DNA from: Minisyncoccota bacterium
GTDB lineage: Bacteria; Patescibacteriota; Minisyncoccia; Phycocordibacterales; UBA6065
Direction of reading: 5' to 3'
Length of the DNA: 64,000 bases
Assembly (NCBI GenBank): GCA_035438745.1
Contig: DAORIX010000002.1
Coordinates: forward strand, 1,830-65,829
This document shows, piece by piece, positions 19,170 through 27,173 of this stretch (positions are counted from its first letter, which is position 1; each line of letters begins with the position of its first letter). A program made the translations under genes and the position numbers. The notes under the pieces were generated by a model. That model searched no databases. It worked only from the letters and a program-made list of their open reading frames with translations, and had not been told where the DNA came from.

Positions 19170-20017
19170 AGAAAAAAATAGCTTTTTTTGGAACATCGGA
19201 ATTTTCTGTTTTTATTCTTGAAGAACTCAAGAAACAAAACCTCCTTCCGAACCTGATTGTGACAATGCCAGACAAGCCACAAGGCAGAAAACTCCTCCTC
19301 ACCCCTCCTCCAGTAAAAATCTGGGCTGATAGAGAAGGCATCCCGACCCTACAGCCGTCCAGCATAAAATCTCCTGAATTCGAACGTACCCTCAAAGAAA
19401 AAGGAGGAGATGGATGGGATCTCTTTATTGTTGCGTCTTATGGAAAAATTATCCCTGACTCTATTCTTTTCATGCCAATAAAAAAGACGCTCAACGTACA
19501 TCCATCCCTCCTGCCCCTTTTGCGCGGAGCTGCACCTATCGAACGGTCAATTCTCGCTAATATGCAGGAAACAGGGGTCACTATCATGAGACTTGATGCC
19601 GAAATGGATCATGGACCAATCGTAAGCCAAGAAAAAGTAACCATTGAGCCGTGGCCACTAGACCGGATTGAACTTGAAAAAAAATTAGGCGCTGTCGGAG
19701 GAGCTCTTCTTGCAAAAACTATTCCGAAATGGCTTGAAGGCACCCTATCAGAAAAAGAACAAGATCATAGCAAGGCAACACACGCGCCAAAAGTGACTAA
19801 AGAAGAAGCGCTCATTGATATGCAAGCGGACGTATATCAAAACCTGCTCAAAATAAAAGCTTTTGCAGGCTGGCCAAAAGCGTATTTCCTCGAAAAAGGA
19901 AAAAGAATAATCATTAACGACGCTACTATCGTAGACGGGAAACTTACTCTTCTACGAGTAACACCAGAAGGAAAACGAGAAATGTCTTGGAAAGATTACT
20001 CTCTTGGTAAAAACTAA
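19166..20017 (+). CDS. fmt: Methionyl-tRNA formyltransferase
   Basis: FFGT, PDKP.GR, YGKI, NVHPSLLP..RGAAPI, MD.GPI. Confidence 0.95.
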   Translation: MKKKIAFFGTSEFSVFILEELKKQNLLPNLIVTMPDKPQGRKLLLTPPPVKIWADREGIPTLQPSSIKSPEFERTLKEKGGDGWDLFIVASYGKIIPDSILFMPIKKTLNVHPSLLPLLRGAAPIERSILANMQETGVTIMRLDAEMDHGPIVSQEKVTIEPWPLDRIELEKKLGAVGGALLAKTIPKWLEGTLSEKEQDHSKATHAPKVTKEEALIDMQADVYQNLLKIKAFAGWPKAYFLEKGKRIIINDATIVDGKLTLLRVTPEGKREMSWKDYSLGKN

Positions 20018-20658
20018 AAAGCCTCTAGTAATTCTATTTTTTGTATACGTATAGGCTCTTTTGGTAGATTCTTTGAATCGACAGGGACCGAACTGATTCG
20101 GTCAACAATCTCGATACCCTCAACCACCTCACCAAAAATAGTAAACTTGTCTTGAATCCTTGGTGTATCGTGTGTCAAAACAAAAAACTGACTGCCATTA
20201 GTATCCTTACCATAATTTGCCATAGCAACCGCACCACGAACCATAGGCCTATCGTTAATTTCGTCGGGAATCATATAACCAGGACCACCTGTTCCGTACA
20301 CGCTTATATCATCTTCTCGGGTCAGAGGATCTCCTCCTTGAATCATAAAACCCTTAATCACTCGATGAAATTGAGTTTCGTTGTAAAAATCTTTCTTTGA
20401 AAGACGAATAAAATTCTTTACCGTAAAAGGTGCTTTAGATCTCAAAAAACGAACTTTGAAAACACCCTCCTCGGTATGAATACGAGCATAGAGGATTGGA
20501 GTTTCTTGTAATGCGATCTCGGGATTTTTTTCAGCAAAAACTATACCCGTTTCAAAAGCGGTAGTGAGAAAATAGTACAAACTCGCACCAAAAAATACAC
20601 AAAGAGCGACAAACGCTGTTATTTGACCTCCTAGTGTTTTAAATCCTACCGCATGCAT
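20014..20658 (-). CDS. Cyclophilin-type peptidyl-prolyl isomerase with N-terminal anchor
   Basis: FHRVIKGFMIQGGDP, GGPGY, AMAN, NGSQFF. Confidence 0.93.
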   Translation of the reverse strand: MHAVGFKTLGGQITAFVALCVFFGASLYYFLTTAFETGIVFAEKNPEIALQETPILYARIHTEEGVFKVRFLRSKAPFTVKNFIRLSKKDFYNETQFHRVIKGFMIQGGDPLTREDDISVYGTGGPGYMIPDEINDRPMVRGAVAMANYGKDTNGSQFFVLTHDTPRIQDKFTIFGEVVEGIEIVDRISSVPVDSKNLPKEPIRIQKIELLEAF

Positions 20659-20663
20659 ATGAA

Positions 20664-21035
20664 TTAATCATTTTTCCTAAAACCTCGCAAAAGATTTTTC
20701 AATTTTAAACCACTTTTTCGGATGAAATCAATTCTTTTGTGCTTCTTTGAGCGCAAAGTTTCAATAAGCTCATCCTTCATGCCGTCAATCGCTGCATAGA
20801 GATCGTCACGTTCAACTTCTGCACGAATATCAAGCTGTTTACCATGCAAAGTCGCTTCTGCTTTAAAGATGTCTCCTGACCTGTGACGATTGGTTGTCTT
20901 TGCTATTTCAACATCTACAATCACCGAATCATCCTGTGGGTCCAAGTACCTATCAAGTGATGCTAATTTTTTGTCGAGATAATCAGAAATACCCGGAGTG
21001 AGCACAATATTAGTGACTTTTATAGTTTTTTTCAT
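20664..21035 (-). CDS. hpf: Ribosome hibernation promoting factor (HPF/RaiA family)
   Basis: LTP.I..Y..KK, DLYAAID motif. Confidence 0.85.
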   Translation of the reverse strand: MKKTIKVTNIVLTPGISDYLDKKLASLDRYLDPQDDSVIVDVEIAKTTNRHRSGDIFKAEATLHGKQLDIRAEVERDDLYAAIDGMKDELIETLRSKKHKRIDFIRKSGLKLKNLLRGFRKND

Positions 21036-21125
21036 GGTGTATTATTAAAAATTAAGAAAAACTCATAAACCAACCACACCGACATACTTCTTTACTTAAA
21101 GTATATACCACAATCGTGATGAATT

Positions 21126-21350
21126 CTAACTTTTTTCTTCGATGAGTACGATTTTGTGTGGTGAGTGGTGGCCACTCACAATACGTATAACTCTTTTTGA
21201 CGGTCCAAGGTAACAACGCAATAACTGAAGCGCTCTTTTATTTGCTAAACCACGAGAGGCCGGAGTGTTAACAGATATACTATACCCATCACCATCGTTT
21301 TGTACGCCCTCAGTACGAGCCTCTGGGTAAACAAACACTTTTATATACAT
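21126..21350 (-). CDS. DUF167/YggU (UPF0235) family protein
   Basis: V.V.P.A, P...G.AN, IVSG..S..K pattern. Confidence 0.8.
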   Translation of the reverse strand: MYIKVFVYPEARTEGVQNDGDGYSISVNTPASRGLANKRALQLLRCYLGPSKRVIRIVSGHHSPHKIVLIEEKS

Positions 21351-21411
21351 AAAATACAGTGTACATCAGAACCCTTCCCTTTTTAATAAGCTGTACTACA
21401 ATTATTAAGCT

Positions 21412-22428
21412 ATGCTACAGTCGCTGAAAAATATCTTTAAAAAGGAATCCCTACCTTGTGCGGTAGTGATAATTACTTTGGCATTTGGGACCGGTATTCT
21501 CTCTTATAAATTATTTGATTCGAGCCCTCGGGGCACACAAAAAGACTGTTTATCAGATCTTTTTTTTGTTAATCCAGAACCAGATTGTGAGTTGTATGAA
21601 AAAAAACTTGAAAGCATGTCAACACTTCAAGACAACCTCGAAGACTTAACCAAAAAATACCTTGCTGAGAAAAAAGCAAACAGAATTGGCGTCTTTTCGA
21701 GAGACCTCAAAACACGACGCTTCGTTGGAGTAAACGATACTAACGTTTTTGTAATGGCAAGCTTACTCAAAGTACCCCTCGCGATTGCATATTTCAGACT
21801 AAGCGAAATAACTCCAGACATTTTTTCACAACAAATTAAACACACGAACGCAAACATACTAGAAAACTCATCGTCCCAAAGAATAAAACCGAAAGAAGAT
21901 CTCGTACTTGGTAACATGTACACCGTAAGAGAGCTCATTTACCGAATGCTTGCATATTCAGATAACGCTTCAGCGCAAATGCTCTCAACAAATTTTGTAT
22001 CCCCTGATTACCTTAACAAAGTACTCCTCGCACTCGGCCTACAAGTGACCAAAGCTGGCGAAACAGAGAATATTCTCACAGCAAAAACATATGCCGGTAT
22101 TTTTCGTACTCTCTACAACGCCTCCTTCCTCAGCCGTGATTCATCAAATAACGTACTCGACATCCTCTCTCAAAGTACATTCGCCGACGGCGCCACAGCA
22201 CTCTTACCAAAAAATGTAAAAGTTGCGCATAAATTCGGAGAAAGGATTATTGTGGACGAAAAAGAAACAATTATAATCCAGCAATTACATGATTGCGGTA
22301 TTGTCTATGCAAAAAATGGCGACGAACCGTATACTTTTTGCATACTCACTGAAGGAAAAAAATATGAGGATCTCAAATACGTAATACAGAATCTCTCAAA
22401 AGCAATCTTCGATGAGATGAGTAAATAA
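21412..22428 (+). CDS. Serine hydrolase of class A beta-lactamase-like fold, membrane anchored
   Basis: ASLLK (SxxK), SDN, AHKFG, HDCGIV. Confidence 0.85.
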   Translation: MLQSLKNIFKKESLPCAVVIITLAFGTGILSYKLFDSSPRGTQKDCLSDLFFVNPEPDCELYEKKLESMSTLQDNLEDLTKKYLAEKKANRIGVFSRDLKTRRFVGVNDTNVFVMASLLKVPLAIAYFRLSEITPDIFSQQIKHTNANILENSSSQRIKPKEDLVLGNMYTVRELIYRMLAYSDNASAQMLSTNFVSPDYLNKVLLALGLQVTKAGETENILTAKTYAGIFRTLYNASFLSRDSSNNVLDILSQSTFADGATALLPKNVKVAHKFGERIIVDEKETIIIQQLHDCGIVYAKNGDEPYTFCILTEGKKYEDLKYVIQNLSKAIFDEMSK

Positions 22429-22429
22429 A

Positions 22430-23011
22430 CTATCTCGTCTCACCTTCAAAATTCTGTTCAACCTCGCCAAACTGCATAGTGGTAGGATCAAGTTTTAACC
22501 ACACGCTCTTACCCAAAGAAGGCTCTGCTGTAAAAGGCTCATTTGGTAAACGAACAGCGTAATTAACAACAACAACGTTTTTTCTAGTAGTTCCCCTGCT
22601 TGTTTCACCCTCGTCTATGACAGTCGATTGTGGGGCGATTCTATCTCCTAGAAAAAAAGCGTGCGAACCGACATACCCATCAGGAGTATTGAGCGCGGCA
22701 ACAGCATACACAAAAATACCAGTACCACCTGCCTCCTGAGTCACTAAAAAAACAACATCCTCTCGTCCATCGTCGTTCAAGTCGTGTTTCACCTCATTGC
22801 CAAAATAACGCGTTATCGTTTTTGTGGCAGATCCAGCAACGGGAGATGTTTCAGCATAGCCATTCTGTAAAGAAACAGGCTCGCCTTCAATTATGTATGT
22901 TGTATTTTTATAGTCACCGTGTACGACCTGAGTAGAATTATCGTTCTTGAGAAAATAAAAAAGAGCGCCGAAAATGAGCACGAGAGAAATAACGATGTAT
23001 ATTTTTTTCAT
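22430..23011 (-). CDS. Secreted/anchored hypothetical protein
   Basis: Signal/TM segment, DLNDDGRED Ca-binding-like loop, GGTG.F.Y, LGDRI. Confidence 0.7.
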   Translation of the reverse strand: MKKIYIVISLVLIFGALFYFLKNDNSTQVVHGDYKNTTYIIEGEPVSLQNGYAETSPVAGSATKTITRYFGNEVKHDLNDDGREDVVFLVTQEAGGTGIFVYAVAALNTPDGYVGSHAFFLGDRIAPQSTVIDEGETSRGTTRKNVVVVNYAVRLPNEPFTAEPSLGKSVWLKLDPTTMQFGEVEQNFEGETR

Positions 23012-23058
23012 ACAACAACTATATACCAAAACATTCCCCGGAGGAAAACCTTACGCTC

Positions 23059-23916
23059 TTAGTGCTTTGGAATCTCTATAGAAACAGTAGTTCCTTTATT
23101 TTCCCCTTTTGATGTAACAGAGAGAGTACCCTTATGGCGTTTGATAATTTTTTTAGCAATATACAAACCCATACCCAAACCCTCAGTATGCATCGTGCGA
23201 GCTTTTTCTGTTCGGAAAAACCTTTTTGAAACCTTGTGCCTATCTCGTGAACGCATTCCAATACCAGTATCCTCTATTGAGAAAACAAGGAACTTTTTTG
23301 TATCGATGATACGCACATGCACCGTACCTCCTTCTGGGGTGTATCTAATAGCATTATCAAAGACAACATCGATAACAAACTGAATTTTTGACTCATCAAT
23401 AATAATAAGAGGTAGTCCTGAAACAGGCTCCATTATGAAATGGACCTTTTTTTGTTTCAAAAAATCAGAATACTTAACAAGTGTTTTTTCAACGATATCC
23501 CTAAAAGAGACCGCTTTATATGCGTACTCTGATCCTTTATCAAATTTTGTAAAATTCACCAACATATCGACCATTTCAAGGAGGTTTTCACTCGCCCGAG
23601 TCAATTCATTGATAGAATTTTGTTTCTCCTCAAGGGTAATATTCTTTTTGAGGGATTCTATTGTCCACTTAACCGACGTGAGCGGTGTGCGAAATTTGTG
23701 AGTGACGATGGTAATGAACTCATTTTTTATATTCTCATTGTCTCTCAGTGTGCGCCAATAAAAATAAGCAAAAAGAAAAGAAACTAAAAATAAAAAAGAA
23801 ATCGCGATATGAAAAGACACGGAAAAATGAGTCATGATAATTTCTCCGTAGAAACTCACGCAAACAATTCCAGCCACCACAATAAACACGAAGAGAAAAG
23901 ACAAAAAATTCTTCAT
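23059..23916 (-). CDS. Sensor histidine kinase (HisKA + HATPase), orphan
   Basis: Two TMs, THKFRTPL H-box, NAIRYT, DTGIG, F.R, GLGMGLYI, G.GT. Confidence 0.9.
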   Translation of the reverse strand: MKNFLSFLFVFIVVAGIVCVSFYGEIIMTHFSVSFHIAISFLFLVSFLFAYFYWRTLRDNENIKNEFITIVTHKFRTPLTSVKWTIESLKKNITLEEKQNSINELTRASENLLEMVDMLVNFTKFDKGSEYAYKAVSFRDIVEKTLVKYSDFLKQKKVHFIMEPVSGLPLIIIDESKIQFVIDVVFDNAIRYTPEGGTVHVRIIDTKKFLVFSIEDTGIGMRSRDRHKVSKRFFRTEKARTMHTEGLGMGLYIAKKIIKRHKGTLSVTSKGENKGTTVSIEIPKH

Positions 23917-24273
23917 AAATCTAGTATAGCAGAAGACACGCACACGCTTATTAACACAAAACGAATAAAAGACGGTGAATCTCTCATATTAGGTATAAAC
24001 ACTTTAGTGTGTCATAAAACAATAAAATTTTATTATTGTCAAAAAGTAGTGTATACTTACTAAGTCGCAAAAATCTCTAATCAGTAGTACCGGTAAGGAC
24101 TCATTCGTTCCATAGATCGATACACAGATACATCTCATTGTCTGTGATGGAAAATCCTCACTCGTATTTTAGATATTGTTTTGCAGAAAGTGCTCATGAA
24201 CCACAAAAGGTCACTGAACTATACTGGCCACATGATCAACTCTTATTACACTCGGTACTAATTTAAAAAATCT

Positions 24274-24948
24274 ATGACTTCTCTTACAACAAAGACTTCA
24301 AAGCATCTTGCTTCTACAGGAGCAGTGCTTGTTGTCGCAATGCTTATTACCACTGGATTTATGCCCTCAGTAGCTCGTGCAGAAACACTCACTCGACAGC
24401 TCGAAATCGAAATGACTGGCACGGATGTTTCAGCGCTTCAGACGTTCCTAGCCCAAGACAGAACCCTGTACCCACAAGGTATAGTAACGGGATACTTTGG
24501 TTTTCTTACCAAAGCAGCAGTAGCAAATTTCCAAACACGTAATGGTATCGCTGCGGTTGGACGAGTTGGACCAGCAACACTACCTGTACTCAACCTACAA
24601 ATGGCTGCAGGAGGAATGGGAATGGCTGACGTTTCTACACAAGCACCTACCATCATAAGCGTAGGGGTAAATTCAAGTAGAAATAATGCAACGGTTGCAT
24701 GGAACACAAACGAAGCAACAAAGGGAGTAGTTTACTACAGCACAAGTCCCCTTTCTGTTTATGAATACCCTCACTCTGTGACTATCAGTGGTAATACCGC
24801 AATGACAGATACTAATTTCCGCACATCACAAAGTCTCTCTATACAGAACCTCGAGACAAACACAACATATTACTACATGATTCATACAACGGATCTATCT
24901 GGTAATGTGAGCGTTACCCTACCGTCAACATTTAGAACAACAAACTAA
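24274..24948 (+). CDS. Secreted peptidoglycan-binding domain protein with Fn3-like C-terminal domain
   Basis: Signal peptide; DV..LQ.FL, G.FG.LT.AAV..FQ..G.VGP.T; W.TNE, L...TTYYY. Confidence 0.85.
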   Translation: MTSLTTKTSKHLASTGAVLVVAMLITTGFMPSVARAETLTRQLEIEMTGTDVSALQTFLAQDRTLYPQGIVTGYFGFLTKAAVANFQTRNGIAAVGRVGPATLPVLNLQMAAGGMGMADVSTQAPTIISVGVNSSRNNATVAWNTNEATKGVVYYSTSPLSVYEYPHSVTISGNTAMTDTNFRTSQSLSIQNLETNTTYYYMIHTTDLSGNVSVTLPSTFRTTN

Positions 24949-24959
24949 ATCACCTGTTT

Positions 24960-24990
24960 AAAAAACCGCCCTCGAATGGGGTGGTTTTTT
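24960..24990 (+). terminator. Intrinsic terminator
   Basis: aaaaaccgccc-tcgaat-ggggtggtttttt. Confidence 0.65.
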
Positions 24991-25040
24991 GTATAATCGC
25001 CTCAAAATTAAACGAAGTAGAAAGTAACTAAAAAAATTAT

Positions 25041-25289
25041 ATGGAAATTATTCTTTGGATTATATTTGGTGGTATTGTTGGCTGGATTGCATCTATTATT
25101 ATGAAAACCAACGCTGAACAAGGGCTCGTCCTCAATGTCATCGTTGGTGTTGTTGGTGCAGTCATCGGCGGTTGGATCATGAGTTTTTTTGGCCAAACAG
25201 ACGCCACAGGTTTCAACCTATATGGTTTTCTCGTAGCGCTTGTTGGTGCAATTGTTCTTATCTGGATTGTTAAAATGATACGAAGATAG
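25041..25289 (+). CDS. GlsB/YeaQ/YmgE family (transglycosylase-associated) membrane protein
   Basis: WII.G.I.GWIAS, N..VG..GA..GG, A..GA..L. Confidence 0.9.
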   Translation: MEIILWIIFGGIVGWIASIIMKTNAEQGLVLNVIVGVVGAVIGGWIMSFFGQTDATGFNLYGFLVALVGAIVLIWIVKMIRR

Positions 25290-25312
25290 AGATAGTAAGA
25301 AGATACGAGCCT

Positions 25313-25353
25313 TAAAACACACAAACCACCGATAAGGTGGTTTGTGTGTTTTA
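25313..25353. terminator. Bidirectional terminator
   Basis: taaaacacacaaaccacc-gataa-ggtggtttgtgtgtttta between convergent genes. Confidence 0.85.
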
Positions 25354-25357
25354 AAAA

Positions 25358-25546
25358 TTAAACTCGCGTTTTATTTTTTAACAACCCATCTTTTCTTTTG
25401 CTCCTTACAATATAAACAATACTTGAAATCACAATGAGGAGTCCGAGCCCTTGAGCACCAGGACTGTCGTCATATCCACCGTACACAAATACAAACACAC
25501 CAAAGAGCATGAGAAGGATTGCGCCTGCAATTTTAAGTTTATTCAT
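25358..25546 (-). CDS. Small membrane protein
   Basis: Two TMs around DDSPGAQ loop. Confidence 0.6.
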   Translation of the reverse strand: MNKLKIAGAILLMLFGVFVFVYGGYDDSPGAQGLGLLIVISSIVYIVRSKRKDGLLKNKTRV

Positions 25547-25576
25547 AGAGTTTATAGAAGTATAGCAAATTGACGA

Positions 25577-25860
25577 GATTGAGTAGAGGAAAGGAACATC
25601 GACCCTTACAGGGTCAGTACCCCGATTGGCGCGAGTACACGACTCAATCGAGCTTCGATCCCTTACGAAATCAATCCCTATTGATTTCGTAAGGGATATC
25701 TCGCCTTACAGGCGCAGTACAGGTTTCCTATTTTCTCGCATGAAAATACTCGAAAATATAGGAGAACCTTTTCGATCCCTTCACGTCGGTCTAACAGACC
25801 GACTTCCCGGAGTCACAAAAAGTAAAAGCGCCTCGAAAGGCGCTTAAACTTTGTGGGCTC
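25577..25860. repeat. tRNA-linked multi-hairpin element containing an inverted copy of the tRNA-Asn 3' end
   Basis: TTCGATCCCTTC (25771-82) + inserted hairpin + TCCCGGAG (25805-12) matches the tRNA T-arm/acceptor; second TTCGATCCCTT at 25654; several stems, one 18 bp (25658-25697). Confidence 0.7.
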
Positions 25861-26009
25861 AACATCTTGGACGATTTTCGAGCGATATTCTACAAGACTT
25901 CCGGTCGATAGATTGGCTTACTGAATACCCCTTCCCCACGCTCGCACTGGAACAAATAAAAAAATTGCTGGTTTAATTTATTAGCTTTGAATAATTGATT
26001 CTTATCAAA

Positions 26010-26312
26010 ATGAAAGGAGGCTACAGAAAAGGTGCTGGACGGAAGAAAGGCTTTGCTGCGTATGAGGCTGAAAAGGCCCGTGAATTCATCGTGCAAAGAC
26101 TTTCAGCTGATCTTGAGCCAATTATCGAAAAAGCCATCAAACAAGCCAGGAGGGGCGATAAACAGGCAAGAACATGGTTATTTGAGAGAGCTTACGGAAA
26201 GCCTAAAGAGACTGTTGATATGTCGATTAATAATCCGGTTCCCCTCTTAACTGATCCACAAAAAGAAAAGATTGCCAGACGGGTACTCATGAAGACTAAA
26301 AACATCAATTAG
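26010..26312 (+). CDS. Phage terminase small subunit-like protein
   Basis: GGYRKGAGRKKG N-terminus and A..GD..A...L.ERAYGKP C-terminus, typical of TerS/DUF5681-like proteins. Confidence 0.6.
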   Translation: MKGGYRKGAGRKKGFAAYEAEKAREFIVQRLSADLEPIIEKAIKQARRGDKQARTWLFERAYGKPKETVDMSINNPVPLLTDPQKEKIARRVLMKTKNIN

Positions 26313-26457
26313 ATTGCAAAGTGCAATTTAAGAATCTACCTTAACTACAGAAGCATGTTTTTATAAACCCCTACGCTTTGAACGTCTTCCTGAATAAACC
26401 CAAAGACCAATTCCGTATCGGAGTAAGCTTTACGAGCGTCGATCAGGGATATAAAAC

Positions 26458-26685
26458 CTACTTAATTAAAGCTAGGGCTATAAGTATTAAACTCAGCGCA
26501 AGTCCTACCGGTGCAAAAAGATACTTAGTTAATATCATAGTTTTCTCGATACCGAATATTTTCCTCCAAATATACGCTTTCGGACTTTCGGTTACATATT
26601 TTCTTGCAAACGTTTGATCAATGAAAAATCTTCCTGAAAAATACAAAGCTATGAAGCCAGTTATTATTAATACGATTTTTTCCAC
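26458..26685 (-). CDS. Small membrane protein, possible orphan immunity protein
   Basis: Two TMs, AT-rich, downstream of toxin-immunity pair. Confidence 0.5.
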   Translation of the reverse strand: MEKIVLIITGFIALYFSGRFFIDQTFARKYVTESPKAYIWRKIFGIEKTMILTKYLFAPVGLALSLILIALALIK

Positions 26686-26737
26686 GTTAATTATGCTTAT
26701 TTATAACATTTGATTATTCTACTTTCTTTTAGTATCT

Positions 26738-27172
26738 CTATAAATTAGGTATTTTCAATATTTCTCTTACCCCTTTCCATTCCGGATCCCTTTCCATCCT
26801 ATAATCAAATTCTCTAGCCTGAGACCCACTTTCGATAATCTTGTTGAGCGTTGAAGAAATTGTTTGAGGGTTTGTAACATAGAAGAACAAACTCCTTATG
26901 CCGTTATGTGTAAATCGTCCGGCACGATACACCTCATCAACAGCTTTAAATTTGTGATATAGGTCGTCCTCCATATCATTCAGAATCTTATCTTCCATAT
27001 TCGATATTGAACCATTCTCAGAAACAAGAAGTTGGATATTAATACATAAAAACCAAGAAAGTTTTTCTTTAAATTTAGCTTTTAAATACCCTTCTGTAAG
27101 AATGAGATTCCATGGCAAATTATCCTTTTCTCCCTGATAAAGTTTGAACACATCCTGTTCAGTTTTTTTCAT
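26738..27172 (-). CDS. Putative immunity protein (DUF695-like)
   Basis: Starts 2 nt after the Rhs stop; E...L..MED.L, GR.T.NG.R...FY, DPEW motifs. Confidence 0.7.
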   Translation of the reverse strand: MKKTEQDVFKLYQGEKDNLPWNLILTEGYLKAKFKEKLSWFLCINIQLLVSENGSISNMEDKILNDMEDDLYHKFKAVDEVYRAGRFTHNGIRSLFFYVTNPQTISSTLNKIIESGSQAREFDYRMERDPEWKGVREILKIPNL

Positions 27173-27173
27173 A

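Noticed and set aside
25771-25815. Second tRNA-Asn gene on + strand
   Set aside because: Only T-arm/acceptor 3' sequence is present, interrupted by a hairpin; no D or anticodon arm
25626-25847. 73-aa ORF over the hairpin element
   Set aside because: TTG start, no motif; region better explained as a structured non-coding element
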